NCBI RefSeq assembly: GCF_006345805.1
Contig: NC_043018.1
Span: 17,050,001-17,114,000, forward strand
DNA from: Octopus sinensis
Lineage: Eukaryota
Length of the DNA stretch: 64,000 nucleotides
Reading direction: 5' to 3'
The position numbers and the translations under genes are program-made. Positions 13,870 to 27,210 of this stretch are shown one piece after another (positions within the stretch are counted from its first letter, which is position 1; every line of letters starts with the position of its first letter). The notes under the pieces are model-generated. The model ran no database searches. It saw only the letters and a program-made list of their open reading frames with translations, and had not been told where the DNA came from.

Positions 13870-14080
13870 AACGGGAAGCTTTATGAAAATAAACAAAAGA
13901 CGAAGGCAGGTGGAAAACAAACGAACAATTGTATTAGTATGGCGCTCAGGAAATATAAATAAAACAAGTCTTTAACGTTTCGAGCCTACGCTCTTCAACA
14001 GAAAGATACACAGAGAGAGAAAAACACAGAAAGAAGGAGAGAAAAAAAATGCGTGCAGTAGCTAACGAATCAACATGGCG
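13870..14080 (-). mobile_element. short non-coding hammerhead-bearing element (solo pLTR/retrozyme-like), family H1
   Basis: Homologous to 44872-45066 and 60482-60670; flanked by (TA)n on both sides. Confidence 0.6.
13970..14005 (-). ncRNA. minimal type I hammerhead ribozyme motif (core variant CUGUUGA)
   Basis: Minus strand: cttt CTGTTGA a gagc-gtag-gctc GAAA cg TT aaag. Stem I 4 bp, stem II 4 bp, palindromic ACGT stem III. A6 is replaced by U. Confidence 0.55.
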
Positions 14081-14394
14081 ATATATATATATATTATATA
14101 TATATATCCTATATTTATATATTTCCTGTGGACAGATACACAAATGCTTTAAACATGTATCTTTTTTATGTTTTTGTCTTCCATATTCCTTTCTTGACCT
14201 CCGTTGATGACGATTGATCCAAAACGTCACACAAGTTCGCGCGTTCCTTCTTCCGAAATTCAATTCACTGCGCACAACTTCTATTTCTTGGTGTTTCATA
14301 TTGACCAAAAATTTCTGCATATGTTTTAACCTCACGTTGTCCAACCGCCCCTCCATTATCATCCTACTTTCATTTGTACTATTATACATATAAT

Positions 14395-14781
14395 GTGGAG
14401 GCGCAATGGCCCAGTGGTTAGGGCAGCGGACTCGCGGTCATAGGATCGCGGTTTCGATTCCCAGACCGGGCGTTGTGAGTGTTTATTGAGCGAAAACATC
14501 TAAAGCTCTACGAGGCTCCGGCAGGGGGATGGTGGTGATCCCTGCTGTACTCTTTCACCACAACTTTCTCTCACTCTTACTTCCTGTTTCTGTTGCACCT
14601 GTATTTCAACGGGCCCCCTCCTTGTCCCTCTCTGTGTCACGCTGAATATCCCCGAGAACTACGTTAAGGGTGCACGTGTCTGTGGAGTGCTCAGCCACTT
14701 ACACGTTAATTTCACGAGCAGGCTGTTCCGTTGATTCGGATCAACTGGAACCCTCATCGTCGTAACCGACGGAGTGCTTCC
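14395..14781 (+). mobile_element. tRNA-derived SINE, family C
   Basis: Full copy with A and B boxes, matching 4649-5027. Confidence 0.9.
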
Positions 14782-15699
14782 ATTTCATATACATATAATA
14801 TATACATATGTATGAGTGTGTGTTTGTGCGTGTATGTGGGCCTGTGTGAAAATAAAGATTGGTGTCAAAATAACTGAAACTTCTCTCTTCAAAGTGAAGT
14901 AGGAAAACAAATTCATAAGTTTGAAATCTCACAAATTCTTTCACACCTCTCTCCATGTGTGTAAAAAATTACAAATGTAACATACCAAACGCATTGGTAT
15001 TCTGAAATATATAATTTGAACCTGAGGTTCCTGATAACGCTGGAACTATTTAACACCAACACGAAACTGAATTATTCATGTTTTATAGCACTGTTTGTAG
15101 TTACATATATGCAACTATGTTACTCTTCAAAGAATAACTTATTCTCTATTAAAACTTTCATACTGTTTTGTAATTTTTGTTATCGTAGGTATGCGCCATC
15201 GTCGGAGGAACCTTTACTGTCGCTGGTATCTTTGATTCGTTCATTTTCACTGCGTCAGAGATTCTCAAGAAGTTTGAGCTGGGAAAATTGACTTAATGGC
15301 AAAATAGATACAACACAAATAAACTGAAATTTTTACAACAAAAGCAAAGATACATCATGAATCGTCCATAGAAATGTCAAGCTCATAAACGTTTGGAAGA
15401 GATCTAGCGGTAGCTATTTCATATATAGATGTTGTGTGTGTATGTTACTGTAAGAATTTGTATATATTTATATATACACACTCATAGGTACAGATATACA
15501 CATACACGCATACATCTACATATCGATCTATATCTGTTAGTCTGTCTATCTATCTATATATATGTTACAATTATTGTTAGGACGCTAAGATATCTTCCTA
15601 CTTTTGTTGACATGAAAACAATGGTAGCCATAATTCATAAATAAAGAAATTACATCCACAAATGCGGTGTTGAGCAGTCATTGTCATCCTTCGACACTT

Positions 15700-15753
<54 letters not shown>

Positions 15754-16049
15754 CAAATTTAGCAGAAATAGAGAGAATTTTGATCAACATACAAATTGAT
15801 TACTATCGCTTATTATCTTTTTAAATACAAAACTTCAGCATTGCTAACAGCCGTTTCTGCTACCTCTGCAAGGCGGTGCTGCTAAAGAAATTTATGAGAA
15901 TAATGTTCGTCATATTTTATAGCACATCCGATCTGGTACTCGGAGCTTCATCAGAGTGAATGCACACATATAAAATGGAAGAAGAGAATAGGAAAGAGGA
16001 GATGAGGAAAGAAGGCTTAACAAATTGGAATCATACCATTTTGCATTGG

Positions 16050-16800
16050 GCAGCGCCGACTGACATAGGTAGCAGAAACGGCTTCTAGCAATGTTAAAGT
16101 TTTGAATTAAAATATAATTATAACCGATAGTAGGCAATTTGTTTGTTGATCAACAATTTTCTCCATTTCCTGCCTAATTTAAATTTGATTCTTGATAAAC
16201 TTTTGTTAATCTTCTTATTACCTGTTTCCTGTGAGCATAAACTTGCGTATCCATACCCAGGGTTAATAAAGGTAATTTATACCGCCATTTCTACGTGTCC
16301 ATGATATTGGACACGTATATATATTTTTTTGACTTACCTATTTCTTTCTTTTTGTATTTGTTAATTTATCAAACAGAATGTATTTTTATTTCTATTAACA
16401 TGTTTAAGTATTTACGTTTTGGGAATTTTCGACCGAATTAGTTTTCTTTAAAATTTCTGCCGTTTTTCATCTGTCTATAAGAAAGATATTTTATTCAAAA
16501 TACTTTTCTCACTTGTCAATTTCCACCGAAAAAATATTTAAGTATTGGCCTTTAATATTTAATTATAAGACTTCTCAGTATTAATGATATTCTTCAAATA
16601 ATGTTATTTTAGATCCAGATTACCTTTCTAGAAGAAACATTTTCTCTCTTTAAACAAATTAAACTGGTACTTTTCGACCTTAACTTCATTTGGATATTTT
16701 CAGCCTTTGGAATGCTCTCCTAAATCATTTACATTTTAGACGTTCCAAGCACATAAGCCGATATTCAATGAATAATCTTAAAGCGAAACTTTATGTTCTT
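16050..16800 (-). pseudogene. heavily decayed LINE apurinic endonuclease-like coding remnant
   Basis: Manual translation gives LNIGLCAWNV*NVND (like the ..WNV.GL motif), LLTL...QVYA (VYAP-like) and YILIQNFN (GDFN-like) in the expected order, with many stops. Confidence 0.35.
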
Positions 16801-18433
16801 CACCTCTAACTTCCTCAGTATTTCCAATTTGCGAATAAATAATATTCTGGCTATTTCTCTTTCTTTATTATTTATTTAGTTTTAATTATCCTCATTCTCT
16901 AAATTTAATTATTTACTTTAGTTTTGAATTATTAACATCTCTGTTAGTAATTTCCGCCACATTATTTCTGTTCTAACAGTTACATTTGCCGACGATACTA
17001 CAAAGTTACCTTTAAAATGTTTAGGTAAAATAATTCAAGAATTGAGAGTTGTACACACATACACACATGTATATTTTATAATATGCCTGGCGCCTTCATG
17101 CAATTTTCAGGCTGTACTCACTCGACATGTACAAAGCTAAAACAGGGCAATAAAATATGAGAATATACGAGAAAATGCAGGAAGAAGATAGAAGTAAAAA
17201 GTGAAAGTGTGAACATCCCGGAAAAAGAAAGGGAAAATAAAATAGGAGAAAAGAGAAAAAGGGAGAAAATTAATTTCATGTCTCCTAAAGCCATAAAAAG
17301 CTTGAACGGATAGAGGTCAGAGTCTGTACTACTGTTCCTCAATTCGCGAATGGCGGTATTTTCCAGCTCACCAGTCCGAACTTCTCCATATATTTACATC
17401 AGCTGAAAATTTCAGATCTGGAATTCATCAGCGCAGTGGAGTTCTTAGATCGTATAGCTATAATTTCGTTTATCCATTAACATATGCCATGGATTTTTAA
17501 AACTATTTTCCACTTTATTATATGTGGTATTTGCGTTCAACTTCAAGCTTCATACGTGGCAAGCCAACTTAGTGGCTTTAATTTTGTCCCTGAGCTGGAA
17601 GGAAGATATGTGGTTAGCATAGTGACTTTTGACTTTTCTTTCACGCAATGCGATGTGACTATTCTTTTCGACTAGGATATCACGTAGAGTCGATGAGACA
17701 TCTGCGTCACATATGATGGATTTAATAATGCAATCCTGGTCTAGGTGAGAATTTTCTGGATCGCGACAGTTTTAATAGCGGGTAGACACTTGCTAGTAAT
17801 GATGCCCTTCATGTAATGATGCTCTTCATGTCAACTGATGGATAAGTTCCGGTTGGAGTGTGTGCCCTGTTTTAGCTCGTATATGTCATGTGATCACAGC
17901 CTGAGTATTGCAAGAAGCCACATATTGTCTTTGTTGTTGTCATGGCATGAAACGTAGTTGTAGCTCATAAAATCATTTACTGCGTTCATTAGAGAATATT
18001 AATCTCTCATCAAATGGAGTACTTCTTTTGGCGATGTTACCTTCAGAGAACAGTACACCATATCTTTGTGAGTATGCATGCGTGTCATGTGTGCGTGCGT
18101 GTGTGTATGTAGGTATGTATGTATATATGGATGGATGGATAGATGGATAGATATAAATATATGTATGGATGGATCAATGAATGGATAGTTGTGTATGTAT
18201 GGTGTATGTATGCGTACATAGGTATGTATGAGTGAGTGTGCATGCGTGTGAATGCACGTGTGGTTTTGTGTGTGTGTGTAGGTTTCTCTTGTAGGTTTCT
18301 CATTTACCATACGTACTAACGAAATGAAAATTGACCCGTATAACTCCCATTCTAGTAGCCCAGACTGAACTATGAATTTGACCGCTTTTGCAAATATATG
18401 TTCATTTGCTAACTTTTTTCAAATAATACTTAC

Positions 18434-18551
18434 TTTTTCAGCAACGTATACTTTTAAAAACGGATCATAAAAAAAAGAAAGAACATTGATCTTCAACTTC
18501 GACCTTCAACGACCACATTGCTACTTGTTTTTCTTTTCCAAAACTGTACAC
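18434..18551 (-). other. candidate spliced exon
   Basis: Acceptor tttgttttttattgcag|G and donor |gtaagta. The phase-1 reading gives xVQFWKRKTSSNVVVEGRS*. Confidence 0.3.
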
Positions 18552-19035
18552 CTGCAATAAAAAACAAATGTGTCGGCTATGTACCCAACAATAATCCGAA
18601 ATTTGTCAGAATGTCTGAAATCTTGCGGATTAATAGTTTTTTCTCATTTTGTAGTCATGTCTTCTTGTTCTAAAACGCATCAAAACCTTATATTTTTAGT
18701 TAGATAAATGTGATTTATACATTCATATCTGTTCAATTAATTCCCCATTAAAAACATATTTATTTTACGTTCAAATGCGAGGCAATGAACTAATCTCTTG
18801 TAGATGTCATTAAGAGAAATGAAGGACAAAAATCTTAAGTATTAACTGTGGTTTGCTTTATTACATTTATAACTTATATGATATGCATTTTACATAGAAA
18901 ATTTCACTGAATTAAATATCTTCAAAAATATCTGATATAAAGAGAAATATGAAAAAAATGTGTTGCAGAATAAATGACTTCATTAGCCGAGAAGTCTTAG
19001 TTCGCAAGGAGATACTTTCATTTTCCATATGAAAA

Positions 19036-20270
19036 TATTGGATTATCCCCAAAATAATGCGGATTTTAATATTTCTTTTAATTTACAAGATTAGTTTTCA
19101 AGATTAAGAGCAAATTTCTTTTTTAATCTAAAATATAGTTTCCTTCAGTTTCTACAATGCTATTTCATGTACCTGGTAGACTCGCAAGGCCCCCCTTCCA
19201 AAATTCTGTTGTTCTTGACGAAAAATACTTCTCCAGTACTGTTCTGACCTCATAGAATTCATATTTGTCCGTTCAAATGATTTTGAAGACTGCGGAATAA
19301 AGAATAATCAGATGGGGCAATGTCCGGCAAATAAGGTGGGTGGAGCATCGTTACCCATTGAAACTTCTCCAGTCTTTCGAAAGTTATCCTCCCTGTATGT
19401 GACCGAGCGTTAATCTGATAGAGGAACACCTTTCGTCTTGAAATTAAAAATGGTCGTTTTTCTGCTGGCGCTGACTTAAACCACTCAAGCTGCTCGAAGT
19501 AGATCGAATTTGTTATCATTTTGTTTGGGTTTAAAAGTTCAAAATGGACTAAACCTTTCATATCCCACCAAACAGTTAACAACACTTTACGTGGCTAAAG
19601 ACCTGGGGTGCCGATGTTTCTCCTTTCCGTACCCACTGTCTTCGGCACTTGATATTTTTATAGAGAACCCATTTCTCGTCACCAGTCACTATTCAGTCCG
19701 AAAAAGGTTCCTTCGTGAGATGTGTCAGCAAAGAAGGGAACACATTAACCTTGTGCGTGGGATTAAACTCGGAAAGTTTGCGAGGAATCTAGTGACCCAA
19801 TTTGCTGACTTTTCCGATGGCACGCAGGTGTCGATGACTGGTTGAATGACCAAATCCAAGCTTCTCTGCTAGTTCCTTAAGAGTTACGATGGTTTTTTTT
19901 CTTGTTCCACCTGGGTTTTTTGGATGTCCTCGCTGACTTCGACTGATCTTCCAGGACGAGGATCGTCTTCTAGATCGTAGTTTCCAGCTCAGGATGTCTG
20001 GAACCACCATTGACATTAGCTTACGCGTATTGTCCGATCCCCATAAACGGCATTGATATTCCTCTTACTTCCCGTTGCCTTGTTGCCTTTATTGAACTCA
20101 TAAAGCAAAATATGCCGAACACGCTCCTTTCTTACTTCCATTATAGCTTTGAAAAAAATAACTGTTAAAATCAAACTGCTCTCTTCAAAACTTGTAAAAT
20201 TACCCCTCCGAATTTTAGTTCATGCAATTAAAAAAAAAACAGAACGCATTAATTATGGGATGACTCAATA
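19036..20270 (-). mobile_element. mariner (Tc1/mariner, D,D34D-type) transposon, full-length but decayed
   Basis: TA-flanked imperfect TIRs: TATTGGATTATCCCCAAAATAATGCG at 19036 and the reverse complement TATTGAGTCATCCCATAATTAATGCG ending at 20270. About 1.24 kb with an internal transposase. Confidence 0.9.
19123..20141 (-). pseudogene. mariner transposase pseudogene
   Basis: MEVRKERVRHILLYEFNKGN...ELAEKLGFGHST..RHL..IGKVSKLG; MLLTVWWDMKG..HFELL; HPPYLPDIAPSDYSLFRSLQNHL (YSPDLAPSDY-like motif). Frameshifts and stops present. Confidence 0.9.
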
Positions 20271-20825
20271 GATTGATGTATATAGTTGGTCACATGTAAT
20301 TTGCATATTTCAACAGAGAGGGTTAAGGAAAATTACTCAGAGTAAATCACTCAGAATACGAAAGTTTAGATAATGGTCTCAATGAAGCAGAATCAAGTGT
20401 CTCCAGCTGTGTTGTGATAGGAGGCAGGATCACTTTCCTCAGCGTATAACTCAAACTGAGAATGTATTGTTAATACTATGAAATTGTCTTACAAGATGAT
20501 TGCTGATAATAATAATAAGTAAGATTTATCCATCTGTGTCAGATTCAGAAGAGAGTAAATACAGATTTTAATGCACATGGCATGAGATATGTACCGCTGT
20601 AATCATATGTGTGTATGTGTGCGTGAGTGTATGTGTATGTGTGTGTGTATGCGTGTGTGTGTGAACAATTTTGCCAACAGTCTTGTTTTCAATATACCCG
20701 TATTCGTATACGAAAAATGATTGATGATCGTATTCTGTGAAATATATTCACGCAATGAAGTAATCAGTGATTTGTTTGTACGTCATAGTTTCATATGGAA
20801 ACAATGTCATGTATAGTGTTCCTAT

Positions 20826-21229
20826 ACTGTTTTACTGTTTACTTGTTTCAGTCATTTGACTGCAGCCATGCTGGAGCACCGCCTTTAGTCGAGCAAATCG
20901 ACCCCGGGACTTATTCTTTTGTAAGCCCAGTACTTAATCTATCGGTCTCTTTTGCCGAACCGCTAAGTGACGGGGACGTAAACACACCAGCATCGGTTGT
21001 CAAGCAATGCTAGGGGGACAAACACAGACACACAAACATATACACACATATATATATATATATATACATATATACGACAGGCTTCTTTCAGTTTCCGTCT
21101 ACCAAATCCACTCACAAGGCTTTGGTCGGCCCGAGGCTATAGCAGAAGACACTTGCCACGCAGTGGGACTGAACCCGGAACCATGTGGTTGGTTAGCAAG
21201 CTACTTACCACACAGCCACTCCTGCGCCT
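20826..21229 (-). mobile_element. tRNA-derived SINE, family B
   Basis: Reverse complement of 46855-47261: head AGGCGCAGGAGTGGCTGTGTGGTAAGTAGC, B-box-like GGTTCAGTCCC, internal (TA)/(TG) tract. Confidence 0.9.
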
Positions 21230-22314
21230 ACATTCCCTCTTTCTGTCTGTCCGTCCTGTCCTTACTATCTTACTTATGCGATTACTTATATACATGGAAA
21301 TATTGTACTCATGGATGCAGTAGATTTAATTTACTGGGAAATAAGTTGGTTGTTCACAACGCTTATCAGACTTTCTTGTTCCAGGATCTTTTTCAGGCGA
21401 AGAAATAGAAAGATGAGCGTGTACATATGTACGCCATTGTACGTGCGCTTGACGAAATTCGGCGCAGTTTTACTCGACTAAATTCTACTCAGACGTCAAA
21501 GGTCAACCGATAAAACTAAGCCTGTATTGTTGCAGCTGGGTTCCTAAGATACTGCATAGTGGGATCGAAATCAAAACCTTTCTATGCAGATCACATTTCT
21601 TACCCAAATGGTGACTGTGATAAGACCTTCAACTATTTCCACACTTATTTCACTTTACACACCGAATCATAACAATCTGAGGAAGTGTTCTGAATGCTTA
21701 AGGAAATTCTATGCATATATGTATTAGAAGTAATTTCCCTAACGAAAACTGTCTGGCAAATAATGTTCTACATTAATATTCAGTTCCAGATCATGTCTTT
21801 GATTGTCATCTTCCCATATTCAGGTGATTTAAATATTTAAATAATTTATTTTGAACATATATTCGATGTTCAAAATCTTGAAGGTTCTAAATTACATTAT
21901 AGATTCCTGACAGCAATTCCGCTTATTCTCTCTCTCTCTCTCTCTCTCTCTCCTTGTTCCCCCCTCTCTCTCTCTCCTTCTGCCCCCCCTCTCTCTCTTA
22001 TTTCGCATTTATTGTTGCTTGCTGTTCTGTTGTACTAAGTATGTTTACATACATCCGTATACATATCACATACGTACAGATTTGCATACGAACCTGAATA
22101 ATACACACCCACGCAATACTCACTCACACACATACACACACACAAACACATATAGTGAGCATGTACCTTACGAAAACTCTAATATGATTCCGGTTCTGGC
22201 CAACCACATCGAATGATATGGAAGAACGCGAAATCGTTTAAGGTAAACAATCACTCAGTCTTTCACACTATTAGTAAATGTAAATTCTGAGTTCGCTTTA
22301 TTGAAATCTTAACG

Positions 22315-22350
<36 letters not shown>

Positions 22351-22574
22351 TATAATTAAGGGCTAAAGAGGGTTATTCTAAAGCCAAATACACTGTTTTA
22401 TCCACTTATAATCCGCTTGTTACAGGAAAATTGAAACTGAAAACGGGCAACTAACCTTTAGAAAATTTAAATTTCGTTATCTCTATATTGAATCAATTTC
22501 GGACTTAATCTTATAAAAAAAGATATATTCCTTCTTCAGTAGAAATTTCGATGGGATATAAATAAAATACTCAC

Positions 22575-22635
22575 GTATGATCATGGAAAAAGCACAAGCT
22601 AAAAACATAACTACACTTGAGTACATCATTTATAT
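22575..22635 (-). CDS. candidate hydrophobic mini-exon, 61 nt (signal-peptide-like MMYSSVVMFLACAFSMII)
   Basis: Acceptor tttttatttttag| and donor |gtgagta; hydrophobic reading ends in phase 1. Confidence 0.4.
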
Positions 22636-23073
22636 CTAAAAATAAAAATTCTTTGGTCAGCCTCAGAAAACAACGTCCAGACCTTTCGCCGCTACAAATT
22701 GTAATGGTTACCAGTCCTCCTGTAGCAAGCATCGAGTTTACTACTAAGCAATATAGGATGAAGTCCCTTACTCTACAGCAAAGGAATTCATCAGGAAGCG
22801 TGGGCAGTATATTTAAAAAAACCGTTACGGTTGCAATATACATCATATAATTAAGGGCTAAAGAAAGAGGGTTATTCTAAAGCCAAATACACTGTTTTAT
22901 CCACTTATAATCCGCTTGTTACAGGAAAATTGAAACTGAAAACGGGCAACTAACCTTTAGAAAATTTAAATTTCGTTATCTCTATATTGAATCAATTTCG
23001 GACTTAATCTTATAAAAAAAGATATATTCCTTCTTCAGTAGAAATTTCGATGGGATATAAATAAAATACTCAC

Positions 23074-23133
23074 GTATGATCATGGAAAAAGCACAAGCTA
23101 AAAACATAACTACACTGAGTACATCATTTATAT
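23074..23133 (-). CDS. candidate hydrophobic mini-exon, 60 nt (xINDVLSVVMFLACAFSMIIx)
   Basis: Same splice sites as 22575-22635; one nucleotide shorter, giving a symmetric phase 1-1 exon. Confidence 0.4.
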
Positions 23134-24393
23134 CTAAAAATAAAAATTCTTTGGTCAGCCTCAGAAAACAACCTCCAGACCTTTCGCCGCTACAAATTGT
23201 AATGGTTACCAGTCCTCCTGTAGCAAGCATCGAGTTTACTACTAAGCAATATAGGATGAAGTCCCTTACTCTACAGCAAAGGAATTCATCAGGAAGTGGG
23301 GCAGTATATTTAAAAAAACCGTTACGGTTGCAATAACATCATATATTAAGGGCTAAAGAGGGTTATAAGAGGGTTATTCTAAAGCCAAATACACTGTTTT
23401 ATCCACTTATAATCCGCTTGTTACAGGAAAATTGAAACTGAAAACGGGCAACTAACCTTTAGAAAATTTAAATTTATATATTTATATATATATATATACA
23501 TACATGCATACATACATACACACACATATATATATATACATATATATATGTATATATGTATATATGTATATATATATGCATATACATATATATACATATA
23601 TATATATACACACATATATATATATAAATATATATACACATACATATATACATACGTGTGTGTGTGGTGTGTATGTATGCGTGTCACACGGTAGTCTATG
23701 CAGTCAAACGCCCAGCGTACACACAATCTGTGCACAACTTTTTAGAGCAAACTATGTACACAAGCATATCATCGTATAAACTACACACACGCCCGCCAGT
23801 ATGCAAGTCATTTGAATAAAACGTATGTCTTTGGTTGGGCAATTTGAATTAGTGTCAGATGGAAATTTATATATTTTTGATAAATATTGACAATATCAAT
23901 TACCGCTAACCGTTAAAGACTATAGAGAAAATGTAGAGGCTGAGGCCCGAACTTATATATCTGTTACTGTACTTTATAATTCTTTATATTCAATTCACAA
24001 TAATAAGTCGTGAAATTGCAAACTATAATGTTTCTCTCGCAACTTACGCTGTCAATTGAAATATTAAATTAGATTATTCAGACATTTGTCATTAACTCTC
24101 TTCAAGTTAAATATAATTATAGTTTGTCCAACTCTTATTTTATATACATACTTTCTCATAATTCATTTTAGCCTTGAAATTGTAATTAATATTTTTCTCA
24201 TATTTTACGTCTTATATTTTACATTATAAATGCAAATAGTCAATTACTTAAGCAAAATATATTCAATAAAATTCCTACAAATAATATATTGTTTCTAAAC
24301 ATTTCATTTATAATGATCTTTCATCTAAAGAATGTTTATTGACAAATGAAAATCACTTTGAAAGCTAAATAGCTTATACACAAAAGCTCACAC

Positions 24394-24397
24394 ATTA

Positions 24398-24443
<46 letters not shown>

Positions 24444-24448
24444 CATCA

Positions 24449-24506
<58 letters not shown>
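24394..24506. repeat. (TTA)n microsatellite
   Basis: Direct reading. Confidence 0.97.
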
Positions 24507-24508
<2 letters not shown>

Positions 24509-24781
24509 GTTTGACTTTTGCTTTACATTTGTACAAGTTGGCTACAAGTCTCACTCGGAGACCTCAAGAGACAACAAGTTAGAAGTTCATGTTGGCGTTA
24601 TGCCTAGGGTGTCATATATTTGGTTTTGCACTTACTGTTGTTTTATAGAATGTTTAAGAAAATATAAGAAAATTATGAGTTATGTTTTAAAACTTGAGGT
24701 TACAAATACAGTATTTTAGGCAGGGTATGGGCAGTTCCCATAAACACTATCTTTTGAATTTCTGCCATTTTGTGGTTTCCT
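24507..24781 (-). mobile_element. 3' end of an R4/Dong-like non-LTR retrotransposon (restriction-like endonuclease type)
   Basis: Minus strand GNHKMAEIQKIVFMGTAHTLPKILYL* resembles the R4/Dong C-terminal QK.VLLGTA.ILRK.L motif. The 3' UTR runs directly into (TAA)n. Confidence 0.7.
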
Positions 24782-24819
24782 ATTATCTGAGCTATACATA
24801 TATACATTCAATGTATGTC

Positions 24820-24854
<35 letters not shown>

Positions 24855-25185
24855 GAAAAAAATAGCGTCAAAAGGAAGGTGTACGATTCGACAGCTGTTT
24901 CATGACCATTACATGTTTCGCAACAACATACATCCTCGTATCTGCAGGATTTAAATTTAAATTATTATATTAAGGAACGGTTTACCTGTATAATAAGATC
25001 TAGTTGTATCTCTTCAGGTGATATATAATCGCTGTCTCCGCAAGTAAATGTTTGATTTAAATTCTGACAGTTCCAATCCACTCGCTGGAAGCGATCTTCT
25101 ACACGTTCCAAATGAGCGGCATTGTCTATCTTGTCTGCTTACTTTATTTCACATGTTAGGCTGCACATGCTAAATCTATTTATTC

Positions 25186-25592
<407 letters not shown>

Positions 25593-26613
25593 GAGACTGA
25601 GAGAAAGTGAGTGAATGAGTGAGAAAGATGTTGGTGGGAGGAGAGGGAGAGAGAGAGAGAGATGGATAGCCTAGAATTGAACTTTCACTGTAACATAAAA
25701 CTAAGTGCAGGAAATTGTATCTATATTACACTAATGTTTCTTTCAATTTCCATCCGTCCCCTTGGTTCTGTTAGTCGTTTGTGTAATTATAATCATAGCT
25801 GCTGTTTCCACGCATATCAATCAGGATTAACGCAATAATGTACAATGTAGTTTTTTCTCGCTTTCGAACTCAGTAAACCCATGTTAACTTCTAATTTCCA
25901 CCTTACATATTCTCTCACTTATAATCGTAGAAACGCATTTCTTCCGCCACTAATAATCAAATATTCAAATGACACCGAAGATAGCTTTTTTGTTGTACTT
26001 CATAATACGAAGATTCATTTACAGAATATTTCTTTTTACCGTTAACATCCAATCATCATTGTCCTACAACAGCGTTTCCTTTTGAAGTTTAACAGTAATA
26101 TACTCATCATGCTTTTTACTATATTTATATTCCATTATAAATACATGATGAAAAGCTATGCACCTATTCTACCTTTTAGCATCGAAATTCACTCAAGTGT
26201 TTCTTTCACATTTTCCTATTTTACGGAGGAAGCAACGTCTTCATACAAGAGTATTAATTCCTTCAATTAGACTTGAAATGTTTCTACTCAATTTTCTGCA
26301 CTCTGTTTCGTTCTTAATTATAACAAACAATGATTCAAGTACAATTGTATCTGTCTTTGATGTACGGTTAACCGTTCTATATTCATGCATACTTCTCTGC
26401 AAACTCTAAGTAGACTAAACATTCATGGGCGCGCCTACGTATATACATAAAAAGAACGTGCGTAATTTATGTGTAATATCTGTAATTTATAAGCGTTTAT
26501 TACACCTGTCTGTATCTATATCTTAATCAACCAATCAATCAATCAATCTATCTATCTATCTATATATATATGTGTCTGTCTGTCTGCCTCTCCTCCGCAT
26601 ATATATACATATA

Positions 26614-26649
<36 letters not shown>

Positions 26650-26674
26650 TGTAAATATTTACACACACACACAC

Positions 26675-26707
<33 letters not shown>

Positions 26708-26759
26708 AATATGTATATATATACGTATATATATATATGTATACAGAGAGATAGAGAGA

Positions 26760-26962
<203 letters not shown>

Positions 26963-27210
26963 ATATACGAAGTTAGAAAATCAGGTAGATTAAAATCCAG
27001 GTTACGTATGTTTCATAGATATCGGAAGTGGTAATTACCCAAACGCGAGGTAACTCACAGCAACACATCGGGCCAAAATACAAATAGAAGTTACATTGTC
27101 GCCAAGGGACCGTAGCTGAATGACTGGAACGAATAAGGGAATAAAAGAATAAAAGAATGTATACCTTAAAATTTAAATATCTTAACCACCGTTATATATA
27201 TATATATATA

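Larger units (their letters stand above)
22349..23475. repeat. direct tandem repeat of a ~495-500 bp unit (2 full units plus 1 partial)
   Basis: Units start at 22349, 22844 and 23340 and are nearly identical. Confidence 0.97.

Noticed and set aside
13946-14389. 147-aa minus-strand ORF
   Set aside because: It crosses a (TA)n tract and the H1 element; no recognisable motif.
15930-15965. Hammerhead-like CTGATGA on the minus strand
   Set aside because: No GAAA at the end of the putative stem II and no stem I.
17484-17675. 63-aa ORF with a signal-peptide-like start
   Set aside because: Short and unsupported, and it lies next to decayed LINE-like sequence on the opposite strand; cannot be distinguished from chance.
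24880-24960. Degenerate hammerhead (CTGCAGA ... GAAA-CAGCTG-TC, minus strand)
   Set aside because: Core mismatch, and neither stem I nor stem II is convincing; at most an old remnant.
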